Assembly (NCBI GenBank): GCA_002269645.1
Contig: NIVC01002716.1
Location: 13,450-77,449 of the forward strand
Length of the DNA: 64,000 bases
Origin: Macrostomum lignano
Lineage: Eukaryota
Direction: 5' to 3'
Position numbers and translations under genes: made by a program. Positions 53,737-64,000 of this stretch are shown piece after piece. How positions within the stretch are numbered: position 1 is the first letter of the stretch; the number at the start of each line of letters is the position of its first letter. The notes beneath the pieces are model-generated. The model saw only the letters and a program-made list of their open reading frames with translations. It made no database searches and had not been told where the DNA came from.

Positions 53737-54156
53737 TCTCCCCCGAACTTAGCTCTTCCCCGAACCAGGGAAGCAAACCATTAGTTCGGGACCGAGAAGG
53801 AAGCCTCGAACTAAACCATTTAAATTCATCTCAGGATACCTCATCGTACTAACGCGGTCTTTGCTAGCAGACGCGCTGTTTCGTACATGATTTTTATGTC
53901 AGGAAGTAGTTCTGCCAAGCTCCACAAGTACATTTTTTTATAATTTATCAACTGACATCAACTGCGTCCACTACGCAGTTCTATTAATAGCCATTACCGG
54001 CGCGGCCTCCCCGCGGCAAGGCCGTGGAACGGCTACGGAGATTCCGGGCTAAGCGCCAACAAACAGCTGTGGCTTGGAGTGAGCCGAGTCGGTACTTTGC
54101 AACTGCAGCACCCTGATCACCAATCTGCCTAATCCATTCTGATGTGAACGAGAAAA

Positions 54157-56272
54157 ATGAGTGAGTAGATTCCATACTAGCTATCAAATGCTGGCAAAGT
54201 TTGGGATGCATATATCATCAATCTGCCTTTTAACACATCAGCATTATGCAAAACTTCGTATTAAATGCCTCAATAATAACTAAACTGAACCTTCAGCAAT
54301 TTACCTGGTTGCCAATGGTAAATCGAAGAGTGACTTCAAAGACCTCCTGCAGGATCATCTAATCAGGGAGAAGCTGACCGTTAGCATTGAAAGATCGTGG
54401 CCAGAAAGTGCAGAGCAATGGATGGAGCTGCTGGAAGACGTCAAAGCCGGAGAGGACAACCTGCTGGTGTTGATCTTTAACAGAGCTCCGGACAGTGAGA
54501 GTAATTTGACCAGAATCTGCAGCTTTGTCATGGACTTGGCAAGTTCATTCAATTGCGTTTACAATGCATATTCGTTTTGCTGTGCACAGCATCAACCCGA
54601 CTGGTTGAATCAACGCTCTGCTTTTTAGTGTGTGGAACTTCGAAGCTGCAGAGTTTACCTGGTTAAACAATTCAAAGACTGCGGCAACAATGCCTTCAAA
54701 GTGAACAGACGAGCTAGGAAAATGCTGCAGTACCTTGACCTGGAGGCTGAGAGTGGAAGCCATCTCAGATTGGTCGAAGCTATTAAAAAAGGTAAGAATT
54801 ACGACTTCCTCGGAGATTAAAATTAGGAGAAAATGCGATATGGGAGAACGGGTTTCTATTTTCACTTGCACAGGTCCTGGCAGCTTCAGCAGTCGCGGGG
54901 AGAGCTTTGCCTGGCAGCTGGTGACCGGATTTCTCTGCCACATCCTGCCGCTCCTTTCCCAGCGGGTCAGCAGTCAGCTGGCCGATAAAGCGGGCACCGC
55001 TCTGCCGGAGGCTTTACGAAGATTCAATGCAAAAGGCGTGGATGCCAGACGGGTTCTCGTTGTGCCAAAGTACTTTCTGCTGCTCAGCAAACCGGTTGCT
55101 TGCGGCCAGAAACAGGCGGAACTGTGCCCCGATCAGCTGTTCCCCGGCTGCCAGAAAATCAGCGACTGGTCGTCCGAGCTGGAGTTTGACAGTCCCGGAT
55201 TCAAGAAGCGAATTCCGGTGTACCTGACCGAGCTGAGAGAGCCACTGCCAAGCGGACACACCCACGCCATGATCTTCTGCGGATTTGCCGCGCCCATCTT
55301 CATCATGCGGCAGCTGGAGCTCAGCAAAAATGAGCGGGGAGAAATATTTGACGACTTCGTATGCGAACTGAGTTACATTCTGAGTCACCCAAGCTCAAGC
55401 CAGCTGTTCTGCGACTTGGGTGGAGCAGCCACGGGGGCCACGGGCTCGGAGTCCTCGACAGTCAGCCTGATAGAGCTGGCCGGCACGGGCGGTGATTCCA
55501 TAAGAAATCAAGTTTTGGAACGAATCGACGAGTACTTGGAGAAGCGGGACTGGGATGCTTGCGACGATTTAAGAGACGAATGGGTCCTCGTTACTTCTTT
55601 GATGAATTTATCCGTAAAATTCAGCTCGTCCTCGTTACTTCTTTGATGAATTTATCCGTAAAATTCAGCTCGTCCTCGTTACTTCTTTGATGAATTTATC
55701 CGTAAAATTCAGCTCGTCCTCGTTACTTCTTTGATGAATTTATCCGTAAAATTCAGCTCGTCCTTCACAACCGAAGTAAAGAGCTCTGTCCGCAACTGGC
55801 TTTCAAGACTTGGCTTCAGAACTAACGAAACTGCGGTTGACTCGCCACTGCTTCCGAGCCAGAGAGTTCTGCTACTGCTGCATATCCAAGATCTCGAGTC
55901 AAATGACGAGCGTATGCACACCCAAATTCGACATGCTGTTGAGAATGTAGGCAGCTCAGTTCAAGCTGAAATGTCACGTTGACAACCCAATTAGACCTTT
56001 CGCTTGGCTGATGCTCTCGAGCTTTAACTTTTCAGATGCATCGCAGTGATTGCCAAAACATTTTCGTCATCATAGAGACAGCTCCAGGAGAGCACCAGGC
56101 TGCCTTCAAATCCCTGCCGAACATTCTGCGGTGCCTTCCTGACAAATGCACAGCCGCGGTGACCGGCTTGAAACAGCTGAGCTCGCTGAATTTTTCGTTC
56201 CCTGATGGAACTCAACGCCTGGCAGGGTTTAGCGATCTGATCAAAGCTTTTAGTAAGATTTTAAACTTCTAG
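54157..56272 (+). CDS. TIR-like / STING ligand-binding domain / TIR-like protein; exons 54157-54160, 54297-54538, 54629-54791, 54874-55946, 56036-56272; as assembled, truncated at 55646 by a 44-bp quadruplication
   Basis: STING motifs SFAWQLVTGFLCHILP (cf. GLAWSYYIGYLRLILP), GFKKR (GIKDR), FAAP (YATP), LSKNERGEIFDDFVCELSYIL, SIRNQVLERI. N-terminal MTIYLV..FKDLLQDHL..LTVSI..LLVLIF..RVYLV..QYLDL shows a TIR-like alpha/beta pattern. Intron 2 requires a GC-AG donor. Confidence 0.75.
55584..55764 (+). repeat. 44-bp exact tandem repeat x4 inside the STING gene's coding exon
   Basis: GTCCTCGTTACTTCTTTGATGAATTTATCCGTAAAATTCAGCTC at 55584, 55628, 55672 and 55716. Confidence 0.98.
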
Positions 56273-56277
56273 GAATC

Positions 56278-56428
56278 CAGGGGCTTTAGCACCAGGGGCT
56301 TTAGCACCAGGGGCTTTAGCACCAGGGGCGCCAGCACCAGGGGCGCCAGCACCAGGGGCGCCAGCACCAGGGGCGCCAGCACCAGGGGCGCCAGCACCAG
56401 GGGCGCCAGCACTAGGGGCCCAGCACCA
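56278..56428 (+). repeat. 15-bp tandem (CAGGGGCKYYAGCAC)n just after the STING-gene stop
   Basis: About 10 copies in two variants. Confidence 0.95.
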
Positions 56429-57164
56429 AAGTAGTTGTTGGGGAACTGCTAAAATTTATAGCCAGTTTTTCGCCTGTATTTCTGGGGAGTGGAGGCCCCT
56501 CTTGGTGCCTTGGCAACGCCCATGAGATATGTTGATGAGCATTAAGATCTCAAGGCATTCCATTTCAGAGCTGGACTCGAAACCGGACTGTGCAGATGAA
56601 TGTCTGCCTTTGACTTCCATGAGCTTCGCAATGGCGGCCAACTGTTGGTTCGGCTTTGCGAATCGATTGCTGCTGAGTGAGTTGAAACTTAATAATATAC
56701 ATCGAATACACTCGCAATAATAAGAATAGTAATAATAATTATTATTATTCGATTTAAGATTAAAATTTCGGGTCTCAAAGCCATTAAGTCTTGAGTCAAT
56801 GGGCAAAACACCTTGTCCTCTGAGTAAGATTTTTTAAAATCGAAACTTTATCCGATATTTCTTGTTCAAACTTATCACGGGAGCACTAGGAAATTTCCCG
56901 CTGCACTTAAAAAGGAACTGAACTTCACTTTCTACCCCGCATGGCATTTCGGGCAGGTCTTCTTCTTCTCGTAAGGGATCTTTGGTCTCGCAGTCCTTGT
57001 TTCGCTAATCTAAGCGGTGACAGGGTGCGATTTAATTCTGGATTGGAAATTTCCAGGGCATACCTTTTGACTAAGTTGCATCAGTAGTATAGAATAAGGA
57101 CAGAATTAAGTCTTGAACTCAGTTTAATTAAATTCTAAAGTCAGCATATGTTGAATATAGCTCG

Positions 57165-57580
57165 TACGGTGTGGCACCGCCTCCGGCCTGCTCCACCCCG
57201 CCTCCGGCCTGTCCCACCCTGCCTCCGGCCTGTCTCATCCTGCCTCCGGCCTGTCCCACCTTGCCTCCGGCCTGTCCCACCCTGCCTCCGGCCTGCCCCA
57301 CCCTGCCTCCGGCCTGCCCCACCCTGCCTCCGGCCTGTCCCACCCTGCCTCCGGCCTGTCCCACCCTGCCTCCGGCCTGTCTCATCCTGCCTCCGGCCTG
57401 TCCCACCCTGCCTCCGGCCTGTCCCACCCTGCCTCCGGCCTGTCCCACCCTGCCTCCGGCCTGTCCCACCCTGCCTCCGGCCTGTCCCACCCTGCCTCCG
57501 GCCTGCCCCACCCTGCCTCCAGCCTGTCTCATCCTGCTTGCCTCCGGCCTGCCCCACCCGCCTCCAGCCTGTCCCACCCC
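57165..57580 (+). repeat. 21-bp minisatellite (CCTGCCTCCGGCCTGTCCCAC)n
   Basis: Direct reading. Confidence 0.95.
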
Positions 57581-57715
57581 GCCTTCAGGGCCTCCCTCTC
57601 ACTGATTGGCCAGCAGACAATCAGCGACGTGGGCCAGACCCCACCATTTTCCTACGTTTATATCGATTTTGGTAAGCTTAAATATTTACGGCCAGCATGC
57701 CCAATAATTCCAGGC

Positions 57716-58180
57716 ATGAACGCCAGCACCGGCCGAAATTCAAAGCCGATGTTCGATCCGCCCTACTGCTTTGTGATCCCATCAAGCGGCCGGTTTCCCG
57801 ACGAAAACCAACTCTACGATCAACTGTACAGCATTGGCGTCCGCTGGAGCGTTTCGGAATTCCGGCTGGAAGGCAGACGCTTCACATTTCGCGTGCACCG
57901 ATGGGGCGACGTCAGCATTGCATTCGAAGTGCCCGCGTCGGTGCTGTCGATACATCGACAGGCCGACAGTCGCATCGGCGGCGTCCGAGCGAAGAGTTTG
58001 AGCAGCCAGCTGGCCGAGTTCGGCGCAGAGCTGGACAAGTACTGCGCAAATAGCGGCGGCTGGTTTCGAGTGATTCGGTGGGATGACAGCGTCTTGAGAG
58101 TTGGCGCAGAATGCCCTGACTTGAGCCGGGTAGAAAGTCTTATGAGCTGCCTGGGAGAAGCGTGCAGTATCCGCCCGTGA
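57716..58180 (+). CDS. Uncharacterised 154-aa protein, possible RRM-like plus KH-like modules
   Basis: Non-repetitive GC-rich ORF; ATG preceded by a 42-bp GT-AG intron (57672-57713); alternating beta/alpha hydrophobic pattern. Confidence 0.55.
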   Translation: MNASTGRNSKPMFDPPYCFVIPSSGRFPDENQLYDQLYSIGVRWSVSEFRLEGRRFTFRVHRWGDVSIAFEVPASVLSIHRQADSRIGGVRAKSLSSQLAEFGAELDKYCANSGGWFRVIRWDDSVLRVGAECPDLSRVESLMSCLGEACSIRP

Positions 58181-58315
58181 AGCATGTTGTTTAGGGAACT
58201 TTTCACTTCACTTGGTGTTTTAGGAGCGTTCAAGTTTTGTTTATTTAGGGTACTGAGACAGACAGGGGCATCCGCAGCTCTGTTGACTTTCATCAACCCA
58301 CACAAACAGCATCAA

Positions 58316-58560
58316 ACCGCATCCCGTTTCTCATCCCGTTTCTCATCCCGTTTCTCAACCCGTATCTCATCCCGTATCTCACCCCGTTTCTCACCCCGTT
58401 TCTCACCCCGTTTCTCAATCCGTTTCTCATCCCGTTTCTCATCCCGTTTCTCATCCCGTTTCTCATCCCGTTTCTCATCCCGTTTCTCATCCCGTTTCTC
58501 AACCCGTATCTCAACCCGTATCTCACCCCGTATCTCATCCCGTTTCTCAACCCGTATCTC
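58316..58560 (+). repeat. 12-bp tandem (TCTCATCCCGTT)n
   Basis: Direct reading. Confidence 0.95.
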
Positions 58561-59039
58561 ATAAGTTTGCTCAGTTACAAGTATTCGATTATGACAACTT
58601 TGTGTTTCTTAGGGTTTACAGTAGTCTGTCTGTATTCACTGGTCCATAGGGCGAAGACAATGTGTACATAATTAATTTTTGACATCCCACGCCAAAAACT
58701 AAACTGGAATGTATTCAGAAATACATGCAAATAGTATAGTAAAAACTATATATAATGATTTGATATCATTCTGTAACTATTGAGGTTTTATGCTACTTTT
58801 ATCGTACTCATATTTGAGTCGATTCAAAGAGTAGCATGAAAAAGTTACTGGTCTTGTCGATTTTCTTATTAAACTACATGTACTGCATGTATCGAGAGGA
58901 CTTCCAATTTGACTAGACGGGTCCTTGGCTACAACTGTGCATCCCATCATATCTACCAATGAAACCTTCAGTAAACTGCAGTCCCGAGAGACTGACAACA
59001 CAAAGACAAAGGCATTAAAGTCCCGAACAGACAGACACT

Positions 59040-59230
59040 ACACTTCGAAACTTCACAATAGCATTCCGGCACGCTCAAGGCTTGTCTCTTCTCAGCTCTG
59101 CTCTCTCTTCTCTCCTCTCTTCTCTCCTCCATCATCTCTTTCACCTCATCAATGCTTTCATCTCCTTTGTCTTCTCTTTCATCTCTCCTCTTATCTCATA
59201 TCTCATCTATTTTCTCATCTCATCACCTTT
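59040..59230 (+). mobile_element. Partial copy of the Charlie-like MITE family (27907 / 34688)
   Basis: CCGGCACGCTCAAGGCTTGTCTCTTCTCAGCTCT matches the reverse complement of 35685-35720, followed by a pyrimidine tract. Confidence 0.7.
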
Positions 59231-60776
59231 AGCAAGATATATCGCTCTTGAAAATCGCTATCCTTTGTGTCGTAATCCAAAATATCTTTCCAAGAGTATT
59301 TTTTGCGATTTTTTCCTTTCGTAGTTTTTTCTTCTTTCCGATTGACCCCACCACTAAAGATTTTAGCCACGCTTAAAACAGAACCAAATATAAATGTGAA
59401 ACCCCCACAACTTCTAAAAGTATATCTCCCACCAGCGCCTTATCATCGCAAACCACGAGTCAAAGCAGGCAGTGTCGCCACTTAGGAGCGGACATCGCCT
59501 ACACCGCCCATCATCTACAGTTGAAAACCGCAGCTCACGCAATGAATGTTTAACTTTTGGAAGAGAAAGAAGTCACATGGTTCCACGTCAGATGAATGCT
59601 GTTGGCTGTTTAACTAGAGTCCTTGCGTCTCCAAGAACCATAGCCTTTGTCTGCTCGTTCAGTAGCACCGAAGCGCCACGTGAGCCGAGGTAACTGGAGA
59701 TCATCCTCTTTCTGTGCTTCTGTTCTGCCTCATCTGGACTCGGGCTCGTAGCAGTAAGGTAGCTCGGTCGCAAGTCACAATGATAGCGACTACATTTGAG
59801 ACACCTGGCAACTGGTCAGCTTGTGCGGGCCGATGTTATCATGCCTCTATATTTAGTCTCTTGATTCGTTCTTCGCTTGTGATCTTCCACCAGCTGTTGG
59901 ACACGAGCCAATGTTTTAAATCCTGAGGCAGCTTCTTCCCGTCTTCCAAGGAGTCTTGGCCAGGTCAAAACTCCCTGCGGTTGCTAATTGTGAAGTAGAA
60001 CCTACACAAGCCACTGACTCTTTCGTGGCACCGTCAGGTAGGGAGGGTGTGCGATGTTAAAACTGCCCGAGCGGGCGAATATTATATTTTCTTGAAGTTT
60101 CAGGAGTCCGTACAAAAAAAGATGTATTTTTCTAGCGGCGATAGGAAGAATACCATAGGAAAAGAGGTATAAGCGAGGCTAAAAACTTTTATTGTGCCAC
60201 TTGTTATAACCAAAATGCTTTTAAAACACGTTAAAATATTTTCGTATTTTCACAAAAAAAATATTGCTATTGCTGCATTGCAATGCCTTTCAATTCGATC
60301 TTGGTCAAAATAAAATTAACCAGCACATTCCATTTTTGGGTTTGCCAAACCTTTTATCGTCCGAAGTTAAAATGGAATTTTCAGGTGTATCACATACATT
60401 ATGGGAAAATCTGACCTTCTGCATGCCAGAATTGTTGAATATCTCGACGATCCTTTTAGTCAGTCAGGTTTTGAGTGCTCTTACAGCTGGGAGTTCACGA
60501 ATCCTAATGGCCTCTAACAGCCGGTTGTCAACAAGTCAATATACGAGTACCTCTATTCTAACTGCACACAGCTTGGCAAGAATATCAATCATACATGTAT
60601 TTGAAGATGAAGAGTTTAATGGGAGCTGTTCCAGATCGTGTCAGTCAATTTGGTAAGTTATCATAATTGCCAGGCTGTATAAATACAAGCTGAATTTGAT
60701 AGCCTAGAGTTGCGCAGATCCGATAGGGCCCGGAATACAAAACAGTCAGTCTGGCAGCAGCACATCTGAGTAGGGC

Positions 60777-62446
60777 ATGCGGCGCACCTTCATTTGGATC
60801 TTCGCCTGGCTCTGCATCAGAACTGTGGAAGACGCCGGAGCTGTTTCTGTTGACTCGGCCCAGAAGCGCTTTGTCCTGAGTGAGAACTCGATTGTACTCG
60901 GAGATCGGGTGAGCAGCTTCTTGGTCTCCATCACGATGACTCTGGGCCTTCAATGCTTCACCGAATGCTCCAGGCTGGGCTGCGCAGCCGTCAAGATGAG
61001 CGTCGCAGCGGGACGGTGCGAGCTGCTGCTGTTGCACGACGCTTCGAAGCCGGGCCGAGCAGAGCTGGCTGGCACTTTCAAGCACCGGACACTGAGCGTG
61101 GAGACCGGCTGGCTGCTGTGGAAGACGGCCGACTTTGAGGAGCTGCTGAAGCTCAGTACCTTTCCACGACTGTTGGTTGTCAATCGTGAGTACTTCAAAC
61201 ATTTGAGATTTTTAGGGTTTTCTATTTCGAACCGTCAGTGAGTAGCCTCTGCCTATCTGTGAACTTGGAGCTCTAATGAAATGATACATGTCCCTGTACC
61301 GGTGGCTTTCATTGTTACACATCCGGGGATAGTTCCTGAGTTTGGGTTTTTCAAGCTTCTCAGTCGTTAACCGGCTTATAACAACCCTAAGGTCGTGCCC
61401 CAAATCAGTTGATCTATCTAATAACAAGTAAGATTTCTGCATAAAAAAGCAAGTTCGCCATGCTACTGTCCGCAGCCTCACCTGGAAATGGATCAATCGA
61501 GAGCTTTCTGGTCGTCTGGGCGGCTCGTTTGGTGTATCGCTGCCTGCTACCGAATCGAGGCCCGAGGTGGCAGGGGCGGCTCCACCTATCCAGGGAGGAG
61601 TCTCTTCACAGGCGGCAGACGGGCCTTCATGGCAGGCACGTTTAACCTCACTGCCGGCTCCAGGCTCTCCATTGTTGTCGGACGGCGGGGCGGCGATGCG
61701 TCTCAGAACGAAGACTTCGCCGGCTCAGGCGGCGGCGGCGGCTCGTTTGTGTACGCGGAGGGAGCCGGCATGCCGCTGCTTGTGGCAGGAGGGGACGGCG
61801 GTGGCAATAAAGACTCTGAAGGTTGGTGTCTTCTGTTATGCTACATGTACCGGCTGACCCGCGCATCAATTCCTGTCTAATAGCTTTCAGTTGTGCCATT
61901 TTGATGACCCAAAAGGTCCCGCTATTGAGATAAAGACACTGTTCTACGCTTTTAATGCTTGACAGGTAAACCCGGCAGAAATGGAACCAGCGGCAGCACG
62001 TCAGCTGTGGAGAATGAGGAGCAAACCGGCTTCGGTGGTTCTGATGGGTATCCGGGCTTCCTTCATCCCAGTGTTCTCCCGGAGATTCCAAGTACATTTG
62101 GTGGCATGGGAGCCGGCTGGTTCGGCAAGGCGAACATTTCGTGGAGACGTGTCGATGGCGGACCTGGTGGCAGCCGGCTTGACGGCTGGGTTGGCGGGAC
62201 CGGAGGCCTCGGCAACCCTGGCGCCATCGGTGGATTCGGTGGCGGTGGGGGCGGTGGGGAGTCTCCCGGCGCCAGTGGCGGCGGCGGAGGCTTCAGCGGT
62301 GGCGGTGCGGGTTTCGGTGGTGCGGCGGCGGCGGCGGAGGCTCCTACTGCGGCGGCAGCGACTGCGTCGGAGTGACCGGTGGCAACACGAAAGGGGAGCA
62401 CGGCTCGGTTGCCATGGAGATTCTGCTCGGCGCTGTTTGCAATTGA
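60777..62446 (+). pseudogene. Secreted PAN/Apple-like plus ALK/LTK-type glycine-rich-domain protein; exons 60777-61185, 61476-61821, 61966-62446; two apparent frameshifts (about 61515-61540 and about 62322)
   Basis: Signal-like N-terminus; QCFTECSRLGCAAV..GRCELL (PAN); YRIEARGGRGG..GTFNL..LSIVVG..GSGGGGGSFV..PLLVAGG; the canonical ending GGGGGSYCGGSDC..GGN..GSV lies in a shifted frame. Confidence 0.7.
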
Positions 62447-62970
62447 GGTCTAGTGTTCAACTAGATTAGCTACTTTAACAAAGAGGTCCACGGTTGCGAA
62501 CAAATGAATTGATTGTTTATTTTAAAAATATTCACCAAGTAAACAAATAACAAATAGATTGATTAAACTTGAAACTAAAGTCCAAAATTATATTCAGCAA
62601 GCATTCAAAAAGTATTAAACAGCTTTAAGAATTCACTTATACTGATTTCTCACGAATCTACAAAATCGAAAATCAAACCTCAAAGCAGAAAAGACCGACC
62701 AGGACGCAGTCTAGACTGAAAGAAACTAAAAAAGTTGACTTTGATCTACTGTCTCTCGTGAAAATCAAAGCGACAGTACTATAGAGAACCCCTCAACAAG
62801 CAACGAGGCAAAAAGCAGATACGCCCACTTCGTTGACCCCTAAGCACATGGATACGCACACGCGCTCACATAGGATGCACAGCGGCCTTGACTTTCCCTT
62901 CGTCAGCAGTATAATAATCGTAATAATAATGTATTATAATTTATTACAACCGCAGCTATTTGCGCGTAGC

Positions 62971-63192
62971 ATCCAAAGGCTGTATACGGCTGTTAAGTGT
63001 GTCCAAACAATCTATAACCCTCTTCGTCAGACATGTACACACTGGCCTTACGATCTAAGTGCTGGCCAACACGTACCTGAATCGCACGCGCCCCGGACCA
63101 ATGTTCGCACATAAGGACCAAATTAAGGTGACTGCGCACTCGGAATCGAACCGATGGGTAATGTATTAACTCACGCAAACTCTGCTAGTTAA
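62971..63192 (-). mobile_element. Second SINE-like family sharing the 3' tail of the 39595/53514 SINE
   Basis: B box GGTTCGATTCC (63142-63152, minus); tail ATCCAAAGGCTGTATACGGCTGTT resembles ATCTGAAGGCTGCATACGGCTGTT. Confidence 0.6.
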
Positions 63193-64000
63193 ATTAGAAC
63201 GCGTGGGAGGCATTAAGTGACTGCAATACATGTATATTAAACTAACGATGAATCGTGCTCACGCCGCCCTCCACACGCTCATGCAGTAGACAGATACCTT
63301 GGCGCGAGCCGAACTCAAGCCGGCACATCAAGCGGACTGTACAACGACCTTGACCCCCCTCCCAGCGTCCCGTAAAGCGGCCAGAGTGAGTTTTTTTCAT
63401 CCAATATGGTAGATTCCTTCACACCGCAGCGCCGTTGAATGAAATACAGGCTTGGAAAAATCAATAAATATCCTACAGCTCAGATCGCGTCTGGCATATT
63501 TTAAAGAGAATATTTGAAGAGTCAGTTTACAAGTGTTTTCTATTTTTAGCAACATTCAAAACCGCATTTCTCCGCTTGAGACTGTCCGCGTTAAGCAAGC
63601 AGTACGAGGTATTTGAATCTAAAATGTGAAGAAATTCAAGATTAGTACTCACTCTAAACTTTCAAAATTTGCATACAAATCTCGATTTTATCGTCTACAT
63701 ATGAGCGATGCTTTTCTATTTTAGCCTAAAATCGAATGCTAAAATGATCAACAGAAACCCTTTTGAGATCTGTCTGTTCTGGCATTCATTTCGCGACAGC
63801 TCATTATCAAAGCATTACTGAAGTCACTACCCTTCCTGTATGCTCCCGTGCTCCCGGATCGGCAGCTGCCCAAAGCCTTAAGGGGTTATTGTGAGGGACA
63901 AATTTTAATGCAAGAGCTGTACGCGCGGGCGAGTACACATGCCGCTGACACACGAGCGTACATAAAGTGTATCTGACGGAAGCAAACGCTTGGCCCTGCA

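Noticed and set aside
55584-55764. CRISPR-like array (44-bp repeats)
   Set aside because: Repeats are directly abutting with no spacers, in a eukaryotic exon, with no cas genes
57128-57675. GQAGGRV / PACPTLP repeat ORFs
   Set aside because: 21-bp minisatellite translations
59500-60650. Possible degenerate coding fragments on the minus strand
   Set aside because: Multiple stops and no recognisable family motif
63360-63390. Spliced-leader RNA-like CCGTAAAG
   Set aside because: Only a 7-8-nt match to a recalled flatworm SL start; no remaining leader or Sm site

Overview
Repeat-rich eukaryotic (animal) genomic DNA. GC-rich exons, introns filled with minisatellites or (GACA)n, and canonical histones suggest a flatworm such as Macrostomum (inference, not verified). 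Genes by manual splicing and protein recognition: GRB2 (SH3-SH2-SH3), CNOT2, REX1BD, a decaying histone cluster (H2B with an in-frame TAG, an H3 variant, intact H2A, a frameshifted H2B, five orphan histone stem-loops, no H4 or H1 seen), multi-exon TTC17, a 656-aa coiled-coil protein with a UBAN (NEMO/ABIN-type DFxxER) motif, a divergently transcribed TIR-like/STING/TIR-like gene, a small RRM/KH-like ORF and a secreted PAN plus ALK-type glycine-rich protein. Mobile DNA: several hAT elements or MITEs with TIRs and 8-bp TSDs, tRNA-derived SINEs and many satellites. The top lead is the candidate innate-immunity module at about 50-58 kb: a divergent STING receptor flanked by two TIR-like domains, head-to-head with a linear-ubiquitin-binding UBAN adaptor. 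At least one likely homopolymer indel (in TTC17) means apparent pseudogenisation needs read-level confirmation. All domain calls are by eye; no searches were run.
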